NCBI GenBank assembly: GCA_973895155.1
Contig: OZ316893.1
Location: forward strand, 25,285,520-25,349,519
Source of the DNA: Marsupella aquatica
Taxonomy: Eukaryota > Plantae > Marchantiophyta
DNA: 64,000 nucleotides
Direction: 5' to 3'
The notes below the pieces were generated by a model. It made no database searches. It was not told the DNA's origin and was given only the letters and a program-made list of their open reading frames with translations. The translations under genes were made by a program, and so were the position numbers. Shown here in pieces: positions 62,123-64,000 of this stretch (positions within the stretch are counted from its first letter, which is position 1; every line of letters starts with the position of its first letter).

Positions 62123-64000
62123 GGTGGTCCTGGCCCTTTCGATTTGTTTTCTTTGCGTCCACTGGTTTTTGTCGGGGTGGCCTTTGAATGCAATCGGTGC
62201 TCTGTCGGATTCCGTCTCCTTCTTTAAACAGAAAAAATTGAAGGCAAGTCAGTTTGAGTCACCTTTGTGCTCTCTCACAAGATTTGCAATAAAAGGTATC
62301 TTAATTTGAAAAACAACATGTGATAAAAGGGAACTTTACATAAACCGAGCTGTGTTTAAAAGATAAGTTTGTTTGGAAGATTAGATCACACCATAGGATT
62401 TCTGTTTGGGGGCTGAGTTCACTTTACACGAACTCAGCAGCGCAATGTGGTTTGGACACTCCCCTTTCCTCCATAGATGCAAGTGGGGCCCAAAACTATC
62501 CTATGTGGTAGGGCACTCGGTGGTGTTTTCTAGACCATCTTTAGAGGAATAGAGGTGGTTCGCTGAGAGGACATCCTGGTTTTAGGGGGGAGGTGGGACC
62601 TGTAATAACTTTTGGTTTAGAGTCTATATTTAGGTGGAACATTAGTCCACTCGTTTTGGTCTGGATGTCCTCTCGTTTTTGACGGTTTAGATTATGTAAA
62701 GTGTAACTAAAGAGTTAGTTTCTCCCGTGTGTTGGGTTTCCTGCCTTTAAAACCCTGTGTATTGTTGTGGCGCTTATTGGTCTTTGTCTAGTTCTAGGGA
62801 TGATCCAACGGTCACTACATGTGGAAGACCGATGGTTTTTACTCAGTTTCCATTCAACATTTAGTAGACTAAGGACCTCATCGAATGGACCAAACGTGTC
62901 AATCCATCGCAAAAAATGATTAAATTTGTTTTTTTCTTTTCCTCTACCTGCTTTTTGAGTTTCCGTTTGCACACTTCTTTGGAGTTTGGTATTTGCACGC
63001 TTTCGACCCTGTTTGCTATTTCCTCATTGTCCTTTTTGTGGCACTTTTTTTGATAAACTCTGCCCAGTAATGATCTAAGTATGATCCAACAAGTCCAGAA
63101 AAGATCTCTGTCTGATATGAATGGCTCAATTTGACTTGCATTCCAATTTAGTGACATTTCAAACACAGACCATGATAAAGAAGGGAGCAGATTACATATT
63201 AGAGTATTTAGATTAGATTCAGGCTTTGGAAATGATTTATTCCCAACAACAATTAGATAGTGAGTAGGTTCAATATGTGTTAGCGTCCTATCGCATCATC
63301 GTTCCGAGTCACAGGTACTACACGGGGATTAAGTGTCAAACGGTTCCTTCATTGCTCTCATCACACCCTTGGGTGGTATTTTTGTTGGGGGGCACTGGGC
63401 TTTCTTGCTCCTATCATCATGTAAAACCTCGTAGGGTCATGCTCTATTCCCAAACCGAAGATTGCTCCGTAGGTATTTAAGTTCACCCTTCTGGGTGAAT
63501 GTTTTTTGGGGCTCTGTCCTTCTTGTCCTAAAGGGAAAACTGAACAAACTTTTACAAGCCTTGAGCACTTTTGGGGGTTTGTATTTGCCATCTTCTTTTG
63601 CATTTTGTGTTTGTCGTCCCTGGACCTCTTTTTCTTTTACTCATTGTCCTTTGTTTGGCCCTTTTAGAAAATTGGTCGTTCTTCCAAAAGTTCATTCACT
63701 AGTTTTAGGCGTGTCTTCCATGCTTCACATGTACTTTATGAAAGCTTGAACCTACCTTTTGGGCTCAAGTGATGACTGTTCTTGTACTGCATTGTACTGT
63801 GCCTAGGCCTGTAAATTAGCAAGATCACCCATTCATTGAACAGAAAAAGAAGTTTACTCTACATCCATTCACTTAACCCCACCCTCCTCACCCCCAACTC
63901 ATGGTACAGAGGCTTCACTCTACACAGGAGTCCTTGAGTCCTAGCTTTGCATTGCACTTCATTTAAGTAGTTAAATTAGCCATTTTCCCTTCCTGACAAA

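Overview
Eukaryotic, land-plant genomic DNA, probably a bryophyte such as a liverwort (spliceosomal introns; a GRF gene without a miR396 site). Two intact host genes: a 5-exon plastid D-3-phosphoglycerate dehydrogenase (+, 37235-41111) and a 4-exon GROWTH-REGULATING FACTOR (-, 51669-54908). The left half holds a transposon cluster: a PIF/Harbinger (Pong-like) DNA transposon (7472-11995), a 16.8-kb Ty3/Gypsy-type retroelement (12146-28914), and a recent Ty1/Copia element (12198-18783) nested in the Gypsy element's first repeat. The Gypsy-type element is the standout. Its Pol carries a DNMT3-like cytosine methyltransferase between protease and RT, and a C-terminal PHD finger. Instead of two LTRs it has split direct repeats (A ... 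B-A-B), as in Ngaro/PAT elements, yet it encodes a DDE integrase and is flanked by a 4-bp TSD. It also has a palindromic CA-GC-TG junction and a Tf1-like self-priming site. The rest of the window is tandem repeats, degenerate TE remnants and intergenic DNA. All calls are by eye; no database searches were run.
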